The translations under genes and the position numbers were made by a program. From Squalus acanthias (taxonomy: Eukaryota), in NCBI GenBank assembly GCA_030390025.1, contig CM059432.1:1736001-1800000 (forward strand): a stretch of 64,000 bases of DNA, in the 5' to 3' direction. The notes beneath the pieces are model-generated. The model had not been told where the DNA came from. It was given only the letters and a program-made list of their open reading frames with translations, and searched no databases. This document shows, piece after piece, positions 1 to 11,035 of the stretch; within the stretch, counting starts at the first letter, position 1, and every line of letters begins with the position of its first letter.

Positions 1-308
1 GATAGTCAGCTGTCCACTTGTGCTCCCGCCAGGTTTCACTGGCGTGTTTCACATCAGGCGTACTTCACGTTGGAAAAGGGTTAAACTAGCTAAAACGTTT
101 CAAAATGGCATTACAGAGCCAATTTAGGGCTTGTTAAGGGCTTTAATGGCCTCTCCCGCCTCTTGGAGGCGGGACGGAGTCGGGAACCCCACGACCGATT
201 TTGTCAAAATTGCGTGGAGTCGGGATGGGGTCGGGACCCCCGAATCTGCAACTTTAACCCCCCACACGCCTCCAAACCTGACTCCACGGGTCATTGAAAA
301 TCCAGCCC
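1..308. mobile_element. Right end of a non-autonomous Harbinger-type element (same family as 49189-49875), cut by the window edge
   Basis: Closely matches about 49568-49875. Ends in the TIR AAAATCCAGCCC, followed by TTA. Confidence 0.85.
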
Positions 309-1575
309 TTATTGTCCAAGCAGTTATCCTCCAACTACAACCTTAGTCGCTAGTACAACTCGAAACCCAGCGTGATTAATTCTTCTGTTTCGTGAGGCCG
401 AGGGGTTAATTCTGCGTTGACCTCTTCCTTGGTCTCTGCTCCTGGTCTGTCTCCTCGCACTTACATAAATAGCTTTGCTTTTATATATCACTCGTTGCTG
501 GCAAAACAGTTTATCCCTTCACCCACTTTCTCACGGTTCGAAAAGGCAGCTGTCATCGTCGTCATGGCTTCCTTATCTCGCCGTGTCCTTCGAAAGTGCA
601 GCAAATCTTGCCTGGCCTTTGCAGCTGTACTGAGGCTAAGACAGCAGTCAGTCTTCAGCAGTCTGAAGCAATGATAATAATCCAGGACGCCGATTGGAAC
701 CTGATCAAGCTTCCCAGCATGCCTTCTGAATGGCCAAGTTTAACAGTTCTGTGTTCAATTCTTTGTTGATAATACTTTTAACCGCACGCTGCTCTTTGAG
801 CAAGTAATCCAGGGTTTCGAGCCCATCCTTTTAGTTTTCCTTAAAACGGGTATTAAAATTCCATATTGAAAAGTCCATAATGCTCCATTAGTGGGTGTGT
901 CACGATCTAGCCTTGGGCTCTTGTGGACCTCGGGCCGCCTTCTTTCGTCTCGTACCACCTAAACCACGCGATACCGTACATGTTGCATTTAAAAAAAAAA
1001 CAAAGCAGTGTGAAACAAGTTGGCATCCCAAACTTTTTCGGAACTAAATATGAAAATTTGAAATATTATGGATCTTTTAAGACAATGTAATAAGAACATA
1101 AGAAACAGGAGCAGGAATAGGCCACTTGGCCCCTCGAGCCTGCTCCGCCATTCAATAAGATCATGGCTGATCTTGGGCTCAAAGCCACTTCCCCGCCCGC
1201 TCCCCATAACCCTTCACTCCCTTATCTTGCAAAAATCTGTCTATCTCCACCTTAAATGTATTTAATGACCCAGCCTCCACAGCTCTCTGGGGCAGAGAAT
1301 TCCACAGATTTACGACCCTCTGAGAGAAGAAATTCCTCCTCATCTCAGTTCTAAAAGGGCGACCCTTTATTCTGAGACTGTGCCCCCGAGTTCTTGATTT
1401 TCCCCACGAGGGGAAACATCCTCTCTGCATCTACCCTGTCGAGCCCCCTCAGTATCTTATATGTTTTGATAAGATCACCTCTCATTCTTCTAAATTCCAA
1501 TGAGTATAGGCCCAGCCTGCTCAACCTTTCCTCATAAGTCAAACCCCTCATCTCTGGAATTAACCTAGTGAATCA

Positions 1576-2003
1576 CGGCAACACGGTGACATAGTGGTTA
1601 GCACTGGTGCCTCACAGCGCCAGGGACCCGGGTTCGAATCTGACCTCAGGTGACTGTCTGTGTGGAGTTTGCACATTCTCCCCGTGTCTACGTGGGTTTC
1701 CTCCAGGTGCTCCGGTTTCCTCCCACAGTCCAAAAATGTGCGGGTTAGGTTGATTTGGCTATGATAAATTGACCCTTAGTGTTAGGGGGGGGATTAAATA
1801 TGTGGGGTTATGGGGATAGGATGGGATATGTTAGGGGGAATTAAATACGTGGGGTTACAGGGGTAGGGTGGGATATGTGTACTGTGGGGATTAAAGCAGG
1901 GACAGGGTACTGGACTTGGATGATCAGCCATGATCGTATTGAATGGTGGAGCAGGCTCGACGGGCCGAATGGCCTACTCCTGCTCCTAGATTCTATGTTT
2001 CTA
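1576..2003 (+). mobile_element. HE1-type tRNA-derived V-SINE with CR1-derived 3' tail
   Basis: tRNA-like head with B box GGTTCGAATC, V domain (GTGTGGAGTTTGCACATTCTCCCCGTG...CCTCCCACAGTCCAAA), CR1-type tail ending TTCTATGTTTCTA, TSD TGAATCA at 1569-1575 and 2004-2010. Confidence 0.9.
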
Positions 2004-4597
2004 TGAATCATCTCTGAACTGCCTCCAATGCAAGTATATCCTTCCTTAAATAAGGAGACCAAAACTGTACACAGTACTCAAGGTGTGGTCTCACCAATAC
2101 CTTGAACAGTTGTAGCAGGACTTCCCTGCTTTTATACTCCAACCCCTTGAAATAAAGGCCAACATTCCATTTGCCATTTTGATTACTTGCTGTACCTGCA
2201 TGCTAACTTTTTGTGTTTCATGCACAAGGACCCCCAGGTCCCTCTGAACTGTAGCATTTTGTAATCTCTCTCCATTTAAATAATAGTTTGCTTTTTTATT
2301 TTTCCTGCCAAAGTGGATAACCTCGCACTTTCCCACATTATACTCCATCTGCCAAATGTTTGCCCACTCACCTAGCCTGCCTATATCCCTTTGCAGATTC
2401 TTTGAGTCCTCTGCACAACTTGCTTTCCCACCCATCTTTGTATCATCCGCAAACTTGGCTACATTACACTCGATCCCTTCATCCAAGTCATTAATGTAGA
2501 TTGTAAATAGTTGGGGCTCCAGCACCGATCCTTATGGCACCCCACTAGTTACTGTTTGCCAACCGGAAAATGACCCATTTATCCCGACTCGCTGCTTTCT
2601 GTTAGTTAGCCAATTCTCTATCCATGCTAATATATTACCCCCAACTCCGTGAGCTCTTATCTTATGCAGTAAACTTTTATGTGGCCCTTATCGAATGCCT
2701 TCTGGAAATCCAAATACACCACATCCACTGGCTCACCCTTGTCCACCCTGCTTGTTACATCCTCAAAGAACTCCAGCAAATTTGTTAAACATGATTTCCC
2801 TTTCCTAAAACCATGCTGACTCTGTTTGACTGCAGTATGTTTTTCTCAATGCCCTGCTACTGCTTCCTTAATGAAGGACTCCAGCATTTCCCAACGACAG
2901 ATGTTAGGCTAACTGGTCTATAGTTTCCTGCTTTCTGTCTCCCTCCTTTCTTAAATAGGGGTGTTACATTAGCGGTTTTCCAATCCGCTGGGACCTCTCC
3001 AGAGTCCAGGGAATTTTGGTATATTGCAACCAATGCATCCACTATCTCTGCAGCCACTTCTTTTAATACCCTGGGATGCAGGCCAGGGGACTTGTCATCT
3101 TTTAGTCCCATTATTTTACTGAGTACTATTTCCTTAGTGATAGCGATTGTCTTTAGTTCACCACTCCCTGTGGCCCCTTGATTATCCATTATTGGGATGT
3201 TGTTAGTGTCTTCTACAGTGAAGACAGATGCAAAATATTTGTTCAGAGTCTCTGCCATTTCCCCGTTCCCCGTTATTAATTCCCCAGTCTCATCCTCTAA
3301 GGGACCAACGTTTACTTTAGCTACCCTCTTCCTTTTTATTTACCTGTAGAAGCTCTTACTATCTGTTTTAATGTTTCTTGCCAACTTACTCTCATAATTC
3401 CTCTTCTCTCTCTTTATTATTTTTTTAGTCATCCTTTGCTGGTTTTAAAAATTTTCCCAATCCTCTGGTCTCCCACCAATCTTGGCAACATTGTATGCCT
3501 TCGTTTTCCATTTGATGCCATCCCTTACTTCCTTAGTTAGCCACGGATGGTGCTCCCTTCTCTTAAAATCTTTCTTTCTCACTGGAATATATTTTTGTTG
3601 AGAGTTATTAAATATCTCCTTAAATGTCCGCCACTGCATTTCAACTTCCTTACCCTTTAATTTATTTTTCCAGTTCACTTTAGCCAGTTCTGCCCTCATG
3701 CCATTATAATTGCCTTTGTTTAAGATCAGGACACTGGTATGGGATACAACTTTCTCACCCTCCTACTGAATTTGAAATTCAACCATGCTATGATCACTCT
3801 TTCCTAGAGGATCCTTTACTATGAGATCATTTATTAATTCTGTCTCATTACATAGTACCAGATCCAAGATAGCCTGCTCCCTGGTTGGTCCATTACATAC
3901 TGTTCTAGGAAAACATCCCGGATGCACTCTATGAACTCCTCCTCCAGGCTACCATGGCCAATTTGATTTGTCCAATCAATATGGAGATTAAAATCACCCA
4001 TGATTATTACCGTACCTTTTTTACAGACCTCCATTATTTGTTGATTTATACTCTGTCCAACAGCATTGCTACTGTTCGGGGGCCTGTAGACTACGCCCAC
4101 CAGAGACTTTTTCCCCTTATTATTTTTTATCTTCACCCAAACCGATTCTACATCTTGATCTTCTGAGCCAATATCACTTCTCACCACTGCACTGATCCCA
4201 TCCTTTACCAACAAAGCCACCCCACCTCCCTTTCCTTTCTGTCTATCCTTCCGAATTATCATATACCCTGGAATATTCAGTTCCCAGCCCTAGTATCCTT
4301 GCAACCACGTCTCTGTAATGGCGATCAGATCATATCCATTTGTATCTATTTGTGCCGTCAACTCATTTATCTTGTTACGAATGCTGCGTGCATTCAGATA
4401 TAGAGCTTTTAACTTTGTCTTGTTACCATTTTTCCTTGTTTTGGCATTTTTTTCTGTTACACTCTTATTTTTAAACATTCTGTTCCTTCCTGTTAGACTC
4501 TGGTTATTATTTCCCCCATCTCTAGCCTGCTCTATTGCTTTCTCATTTCTCATTGACTTTTTATTTTCCCGCTCACCTGGATCCTTCCCCCCACTAT

Positions 4598-5377
4598 TTA
4601 GTTTAAAGCCCTCTCTACAGCCCTAGTTATTCGATTTGCCAGGACTCTAGCCCCAGCATGGTTCAAGTGAAGCCCGTCCAAACGGAACATCTCCCTCTTA
4701 TCCCAGTACTGGTGCCAGTGCCCCACAAATCGAAACTCATTTCTCCCACACCAGTCTTTGAGCCACTCGTTCATTTCTCTGATCTTATTTGCCCGATGCA
4801 AATTCGCTCGTGGCTCAGGTAGTAATCCAGAGATTATTACCTTTGTGGTTCTGCTTTTTAATTTAGCCCCTAGCTGCTCATACTCTCTCAGCAGAACCTC
4901 TTTCTTTGTCATACCTATGTCATTGGTACCTACGTGGACCATGACAACTGGATCTTCCCCCTCCCACTCCAAGTTTCTCTCCAGCCCAGAGGAGATGTCC
5001 TTAACCCTGGCACCGGGCAGGCAACACAGCCTTCGGGACTCACACTCTCGGCTGCAGAGAACAGTATCTATCCCCCTCACTATCCTGTCCCCAATCACTA
5101 CAACATTTCTTTTTGCTCTCCCCACTTGAATGGCTCCCTGTACCACGGTGCTGTGGTCAGTTTGCTCATCCTCCCTGCAGTCCCTGGCCTCGTCCACACA
5201 GGGAGCAAGGAACTCGTACCTGTTGGACAAGGCCAAGGGCTGAGATTCCTCCACCACTACCTCCTGGAACCCAATACCTGCCTCGCTTGTAGTCACACCC
5301 TCCTGTCCCTGACCATGGGCCAAATTGGAAGTAATTATTCTAGTGAGTGTGACTGCCTCCTGGAACATAGTGTCCAT
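4598..5377 (-). CDS. CR1 ORF1p, SGNH/GDSL esterase domain (N-terminal zinc-finger part missing)
   Basis: Motifs VVVIGDRIVR (GDS block, S replaced by R), CLPGARV, HVGTND and DGLHLN. Ends in RALN*. Confidence 0.85.
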   Translation of the reverse strand: MDTMFQEAVTLTRIITSNLAHGQGQEGVTTSEAGIGFQEVVVEESQPLALSNRYEFLAPCVDEARDCREDEQTDHSTVVQGAIQVGRAKRNVVVIGDRIVRGIDTVLCSRECESRRLCCLPGARVKDISSGLERNLEWEGEDPVVMVHVGTNDIGMTKKEVLLREYEQLGAKLKSRTTKVIISGLLPEPRANLHRANKIREMNEWLKDWCGRNEFRFVGHWHQYWDKREMFRLDGLHLNHAGARVLANRITRAVERALN

Positions 5378-5526
5378 TTAACGCTCCCCCTCCCTAATGT
5401 GTTGCAGTGTCTGAAGCGACATTGCGCCAAACTGTGGAGATTGAAAAGATGGAAAATACAAAGCTTTTTGCCACTTGAGCAACTCAGACACACTTGAAGT
5501 TTGTTATGTTCCCATTCCAAGATGGC

Positions 5527-6088
5527 TTTTTAAATATTTATTCACGGGTGTCGCTGGAAAGGCCGGCATTTATTGCCCATCCCTAATTGCCCTTGAGAAG
5601 GTGCTGGTGAGCCACCTTCTTGAACCGCTGCAGTCCGTGTGGTGAAGGTGCTCCCACAGTGCTGTTAGGGAGAGAGTTCCAGGATTTTGACCCAGTGACG
5701 ATTAAGGATCAGCGATATATTTCCAAGTAGGATGGTGTGTGACTTGGAGGGGAACTTGGAGGTGGTGGTGTTCCCATGCGCCTGCTGCCCTTGTCCTGCT
5801 AGGTGGAAGAGGTCGCGGGTTTGGGAGGTGCTGCCGAAGAAGCCTTGGCGAGTTGCTGTAGTGCATCTTGTAGATGGTACACACTGCAGTCATGGTGCGC
5901 TGGTGGTGGAGGGAGTGAATGTTTAAGGTGGTGGATGGAGTGCCAATCAAGCGGACTGCTTTGTCCTGGATGGTGTCGAGCTTCTTGAGTGTTGTTGGAG
6001 CTGCACTCATCCAGGCAAGTGGAGAGTATTCCATCACACTCCTGACTTGTGTCTTGTACATGGTGGAAAGGCTTTGGGGAGTCAGGAA
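5527..6088 (-). mobile_element. 3' fragment of a second CR1/L2-group LINE family (YKxQVRSVMEY type)
   Basis: ORF 5702-6166 reads LSTMYKTQVRSVMEYSPLAW...IQDKAVRLI, a LINE RT C-terminus. The same family recurs near 36871-37305, 42810-42985, 43215-43315, 44705-45115 and 55670-55765. Confidence 0.8.
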
Positions 6089-6913
6089 GTTGAAAGAATG
6101 AAAGCGTGACGCTGGCACAAACATCGCGTTATGACTTGATTTGATTTGATCTAGACTTCTCTTCAACTCTTAATGCTGTCCTGCCCTGTGGGTGTGGACA
6201 CTTACTCAGTCTAAAGAAATGCTCCATTGCTGGATTATGGTGTCACGATGTATAAATTGGGCTAAAACATTGCAAGGTATAACCTTTATGAATCACTGGT
6301 TAGACCTGAGCTGGAGTATTGTGTCCAGTTCTGGGCGCCACACTTTAGGAAGGATGTCAATGCCTTGGAGACGGTGCAGAGGAGATTTACCAGAATGGTA
6401 CCAGGGATGAGGGTTTACAGTTGTGGGGAGAGACATAGCGAAGCTGTGGTTATTCTCCTTAGAGCAGTGAAGGTTCAGAGGAGATTTAATAGAAGTGTTC
6501 AAAATAATGAGGTTTTTTTTTCAGAGGCCGGTGTCGGGAGCGGCAGGGAGTGGGGGTACAGTGAGTATTTAAACTCACTTTTGCGGGCTTTTTTCAGAGG
6601 CTTACCAATCTCGCAGACCGGCGGCGGCGTTACAGAGCCACGTCATGATTCAAAAAGTGACGCGGGCAAGAGGAAGCAGCTGATTGGGTGAGTACGGCCA
6701 GGTGAGTATTTATACTACTCTATAGTTTGACAGTTAAGGTTAATAGTTTATAAAGTTTAGAAGGTCTTAATTTTGTGGTTATAGTTTCTAAGGTCTCTGT
6801 TGTGTAGCAGGGAGTGCTAGTAAACAAGGGCCCTTGAATATATCATTTAATTGTAGTGTAATTAGTGGTAATGATTTGCTTTAATTTAATTTAAATTAAT
6901 TAAAGGGTAAGTC

Positions 6914-7863
6914 ATGGCAGCACAGCTCGGCCCCGTGGCATGCTCCTCCTGCACTATGTGGGAAATCAGGGACACTTCCTGTGTCCCTGACGACCATGTG
7001 TGCGGGAAGTGTATCCAGCTGCAGCTACTGGCAGACCGCATTGCGGCGCTGGAGCTGCGAATGGATTCATACTGGAGCATTCGCGATGCTGAGGACATCG
7101 TGGATAGCACGTTTAATGAGTTTGGTCACACCGCAGGTAAAGGCTGCACAGGCAGGAAGGAAATGGGTGACCGCCAGGCAGAGTAGTAGGCACAGGCAGG
7201 TAATGCAGGGGTCCCCTGTGGCCATCCCCCTCTCAAACAGATATACCGCTTTGGATATTGTTGAGGGAGATGGCTTATCGGGGGAAGGAAGCAGCAGCCA
7301 ACTTCCTGGCACCATGGGTGGTTCTGCTGAACAGGATGGGAGGAAAAAGAGCGGAGAGCTATAGTGATAGGGGATTCTATAGTAAGGGGAATAGATAGGC
7401 ATTTCTGCGGCCGCAAACGAGACTTCAGGATGGTATGTTGCCTCCCTGGTGCAAGGGTCAGGGATGTCTCGGAGCGGCTGCAGGGCATTCTGGAGGGGGA
7501 GGGTGAACAGCCAGTTGTCGTGGTGCATATAGGTACCAACGATATAGGGAAAAAATGGGATGAGATCCTAAAAGCTGAATATAGGGAGTTAGGAGGTAAA
7601 TTAAAAAATAGGACCTCAAAGTTAGTAATCTCAGGATTGCTACCAGTGCCACGTGCTAGTCAGAGTAGAAATAGAAGGATATTTCAGATGAATACGTGGC
7701 TAGAGGAATGGTGCAAGGGGGAGGGATTCAAATTCCTGGGACATTGGAACCGGTTCTGGGGTAGGTGGGACAAGTACAAACTGGACGGTTTGCACCTGGG
7801 CAGGACCGGGACCGATGTCCTGGGGGAGTGTTTGCTAGTGCTGTTGGGAAGGGTTTAAACTAA
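6914..7863 (+). pseudogene. CR1 ORF1p: zinc finger (CxxC...CxxC), coiled coil and SGNH esterase, frameshifted
   Basis: MAAQLGPVACSSCTMWE...HVCGKC, LADRIAALEL, IGDSIVRG, HIGTND and DGLHL lie in ORFs 6914-7186, 6981-7364 and 7364-7858. Natural stop TAA at 7861-7863, by comparison with the 59143 copy. Confidence 0.85.
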
Positions 7864-7985
7864 AATGGCAGGGGGTTGGGAACCTGTGCAGGGAGACAGA
7901 GGAAAGGGAAGCAAGGATAGAAGCAAAAGACAGGAAGGAGAAAAGCAAAAGTGGAAGTCAGAGAAATCAAGGGTGTAAATCAAAC

Positions 7986-10900
7986 ATGGCCACAGTAAAC
8001 AATAATTCTAAAAGGTCTAAGAGTGTTAAAAAAACAAGCCTGAAGGCTTTGTGTCTTAATGCAAGGAGCATTCGTAATAAGGTGAATGAATTAGCTGCAC
8101 AAATAGATGTAAACGGATATGATATAATTGGGATTACGGAGACATAGCTCCAGGGTGACCAAGGCTGGGAATTCAACATCCAGGGGTATTCAATATTCAG
8201 GAAAGACAGGCAAAAAGGAAAAGGAGGTGGGGTAGCATTGCTGGTTAAAGAGGAGATTAATACAATAGTAAGGAAGGATATTAGCTCTGATGATGTGGAA
8301 TCTGTATGGGTAGAGCTGAGAAATACCAAGGGGCAGAAAACGTTAGTGGGAGTTGTATACAGACCCCCAAATAGTAATGCTGAGGTTGGGGATGGCATTA
8401 AATGGGAAATTAGAGACGCGTGCAATAAGGGCACAGCAGTTATCATGGGTGACTTTAATCTACATATAGATTGGGCTAACCAAATTAGTAACAATACTGT
8501 GGAGGAGGAATTCCTAGAGTGTATACGGGATGGTTTCCTGGACCAATATGTTGAGGAACCAACTAGAGATCAGGCCATCTTAGACTGGGTATTATGTAAT
8601 GAGAAAGGATTAATTAGCAATCTTGTTGTGCGAGGCCCCTTGGGGAGGAGCGATCATAATATGATAGAATTCTTCATTAAGATGGAGAGTGAAGTAGTTG
8701 ACTCAGAGACTAGGGTCCTGAATTTAAATAAAGGAAACTATGATGGTATGAGGCGCGAATTGGATAGGATGGATTGCGGAACGTTACTTAAAGGGTTGAC
8801 GGTGGATAGGCAATGGCAAACATTTAAAGATCGCATGGATGAACTACAGAATTTGTTCATCCCTGTTTGGCATAAAAATAAAACAAAAAAGGTGACTCAA
8901 CCGTGGCTAACAAGGAAAATTAGGGATAGCATAAGATCCAAGGAGAGGACATGTAAATTGGCCAGAAAAAGCAGCAAACCTTCGGATTGGGAGCAGTTTA
9001 GGATTCAGCAAAGGAGGACAAAGGGATTAATTAAGAGGGGGAAAATAGAGTATGAGAGTAAGCTTGCAGGGAACATAAAAACTGACTGTAAAAGCTTCTA
9101 TAGATATGTGAAGAGAAAAAGATTGGTGAAGTCAAGCGTAGGTCCCTTGCAGTCAGAATCAGGGGAATTTATCATGGGGAACAAAGAAATGGCAGACCAA
9201 TGAAATACATACTTTGGTTCTGTCTTCACAAAGGAGGACACAAATAACCTCCCAGCGATGTCGGGGAACATAGGGTCTAATGAGAGGCAAGAACTGAATG
9301 AAATCAGTATTTGTAGGGAAATGGTGTTAGGGAAATTGACGGGATTGAAGGCCTGATAATCTACATCCTAGGTTACTTAAGTAAGTGGCCCTATAAATAG
9401 TAGATGCATTGCTGGTCATCTTCCAAAATTATATAGACTCTGGAACAGTTCCCATGGATTGGAGGATAGCTAATGTAACCCCACTATTTAAAAAAGGTGG
9501 TAGAGAGAAAACAGGGAATTTTAGACCGGTAAGCCTGACATCGGTAGTGGGGAAAATGCTAGAGTCCATTATAAAAGATGTCGCACAACACCAGGTTATA
9601 GTCCAACAGTTTTATTTGAAATCACAAGCTTTTGGAGCGCTGCTCCTTCGTCAGGTGAAGGGGCAGCTGCTCCGAAAGCTTGTGATTTCAAATAAAACTG
9701 TTGGACTATAACCTGGTGTTGTGCGACTTCTCACTTTTGTCCACCCCAGTCCAACACCGGCATCTCCGCATCATTATAAAAGATGTAACAGCAGAGCACT
9801 TGGAAAACAGTGACAGGATCGGACAAAGTCAACATGGATTTACAAAAGGTAAATCATGCTTGACTAATCTACTGGAAGTTTCTGAGGACGTAACTGGTAG
9901 AATAGATAAGGGAGAACCAGTGGATGTGGTGTATTTGGACTTTCAGAAGGCTTTCGATAAGGTCCCGCATAAGCAATTAGCGTGCAAAGGTAAAGCACAT
10001 GGGATTGGCGGTAAGGTACTGATTTGGATAGAGAACTGGTTGGCAGACAGAAAGCAAAGAGTTGGAATAAACGGGTCTTTTTCCGAGTGGCAGGCAGTGA
10101 CTAGTGGGGTACCGCAGGGATCGGTGCTAGGACCCCAGTTATTCACAATATATATTAATGATCTAGACGAGGGAACTAGATGTAGCATCTCCAAGTTTGC
10201 AGACGACACAAAGCTGGGTGGGTGTGTGTGCTGTGAGGAGGCTGCAGAGAAACTCCAATATGATTTGGACAGGTTGGGTGATTGGGCAGATGCATGGCAG
10301 ATGCAGTATAATGTGGATAAATGCGAGGTTATCCACTTTGGTGGCAAAAACAGGAAGTCAGATTATTATCTGAACGGCAATAGATTGGGAGAAGGGGAAG
10401 TGCAACGAGACCTGGGTGTCCTTGTGCACCAGTCACTGAAGGTAAGCATGCAGGTGCAGCAGGCGGTTAAGAAGGCAAATGGTATGTTGGCCTTCATAGC
10501 GAGAGGATTCGAGTACAGGAGCAAGGATGTCTTGCTGCAGTTGTACTGGGCCTTGGTGAGACCACACCTTGAGTATTGTGTGCAGTTTTGGTCGCTTTAT
10601 CTGAGGAAGGATGTTCTTGCCATGGAGGGAGTGCAGCGATGATTCACCAGACTGATACCTGGGATGGCAGGAATGACGTATGAAGAGAGATTGGGTCGAT
10701 TAGGCTTATATTCGCTTGAGTTTAGAAGAATGAGAGGGGATCTCATTGCAACTTATAAAATTCTAACAGGACTAGACAGACCAGATGCAGGAAGGATGTT
10801 CCCGATGGCGGGGGAGTCCAGAACCAGAGGTCACAGTCTAAGGATAAGAGGTAAGCCATTTAGGACTGAGATGAGGAGGAATTTCTTCACCCAGAGAGTG

Positions 10901-11035
10901 GTGAACCTGTGGAATTCTCTACCACAGAAGGCAGTTGAGGCCAATTCATTAAATATATTCAAGAAGGAGTTAGATATATTTCTTAAGGCTAAAGGGATCA
11001 AGGGATATGGGGAGAAAGCAGGGACAGGGTACTGA
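7986..11035 (+). pseudogene. CR1 ORF2p (APE endonuclease plus reverse transcriptase), disrupted
   Basis: [47 protein letters not shown] and FADDTK. Contains in-frame stops (for example 8146, 9201, 10640) and a PLE insertion. Confidence 0.92.
9582..9771. mobile_element. Penelope-like element terminal fragment with an inverted (palindromic) pLTR arrangement
   Basis: 15-bp TSD CATTATAAAAGATGT at 9567-9581 and 9772-9786, a 148-bp hairpin at 9580-9727, and a hammerhead-like core on the minus strand. Related copies at 24370-24480 and 63948-64000. Confidence 0.8.

Larger units (their letters stand above)
1092..5415 (-). mobile_element. CR1 LINE, near full length and decayed, interrupted by a SINE at 1576-2003
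   Basis: Minus-strand ORF fragments in the order esterase ORF1, APE endonuclease (YLNARSIRN, ITETW, GDFN), RT ([17 protein letters not shown]) and C-terminus (VVNLWNSLP). 3' UTR ends in a (TTCTTATG)n-type tail near 1092. Confidence 0.95.

Noticed and set aside
1576..1650. tRNA genes (also about 53599-53670 and other SINE heads)
   Set aside because: These are degenerate tRNA-derived heads joined to V or Deu domains and LINE tails, not stand-alone cloverleaves.
7364..7858. GDSL/SGNH lipase as a host or horizontally acquired gene
   Set aside because: It is the known esterase domain of CR1 ORF1p, directly upstream of ORF2 in all three copies.
9409..9711. ORF with a novel C-terminus (VAQHQVIVQQFY...)
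   Set aside because: It is chimeric read-through from CR1 RT into the PLE insertion.
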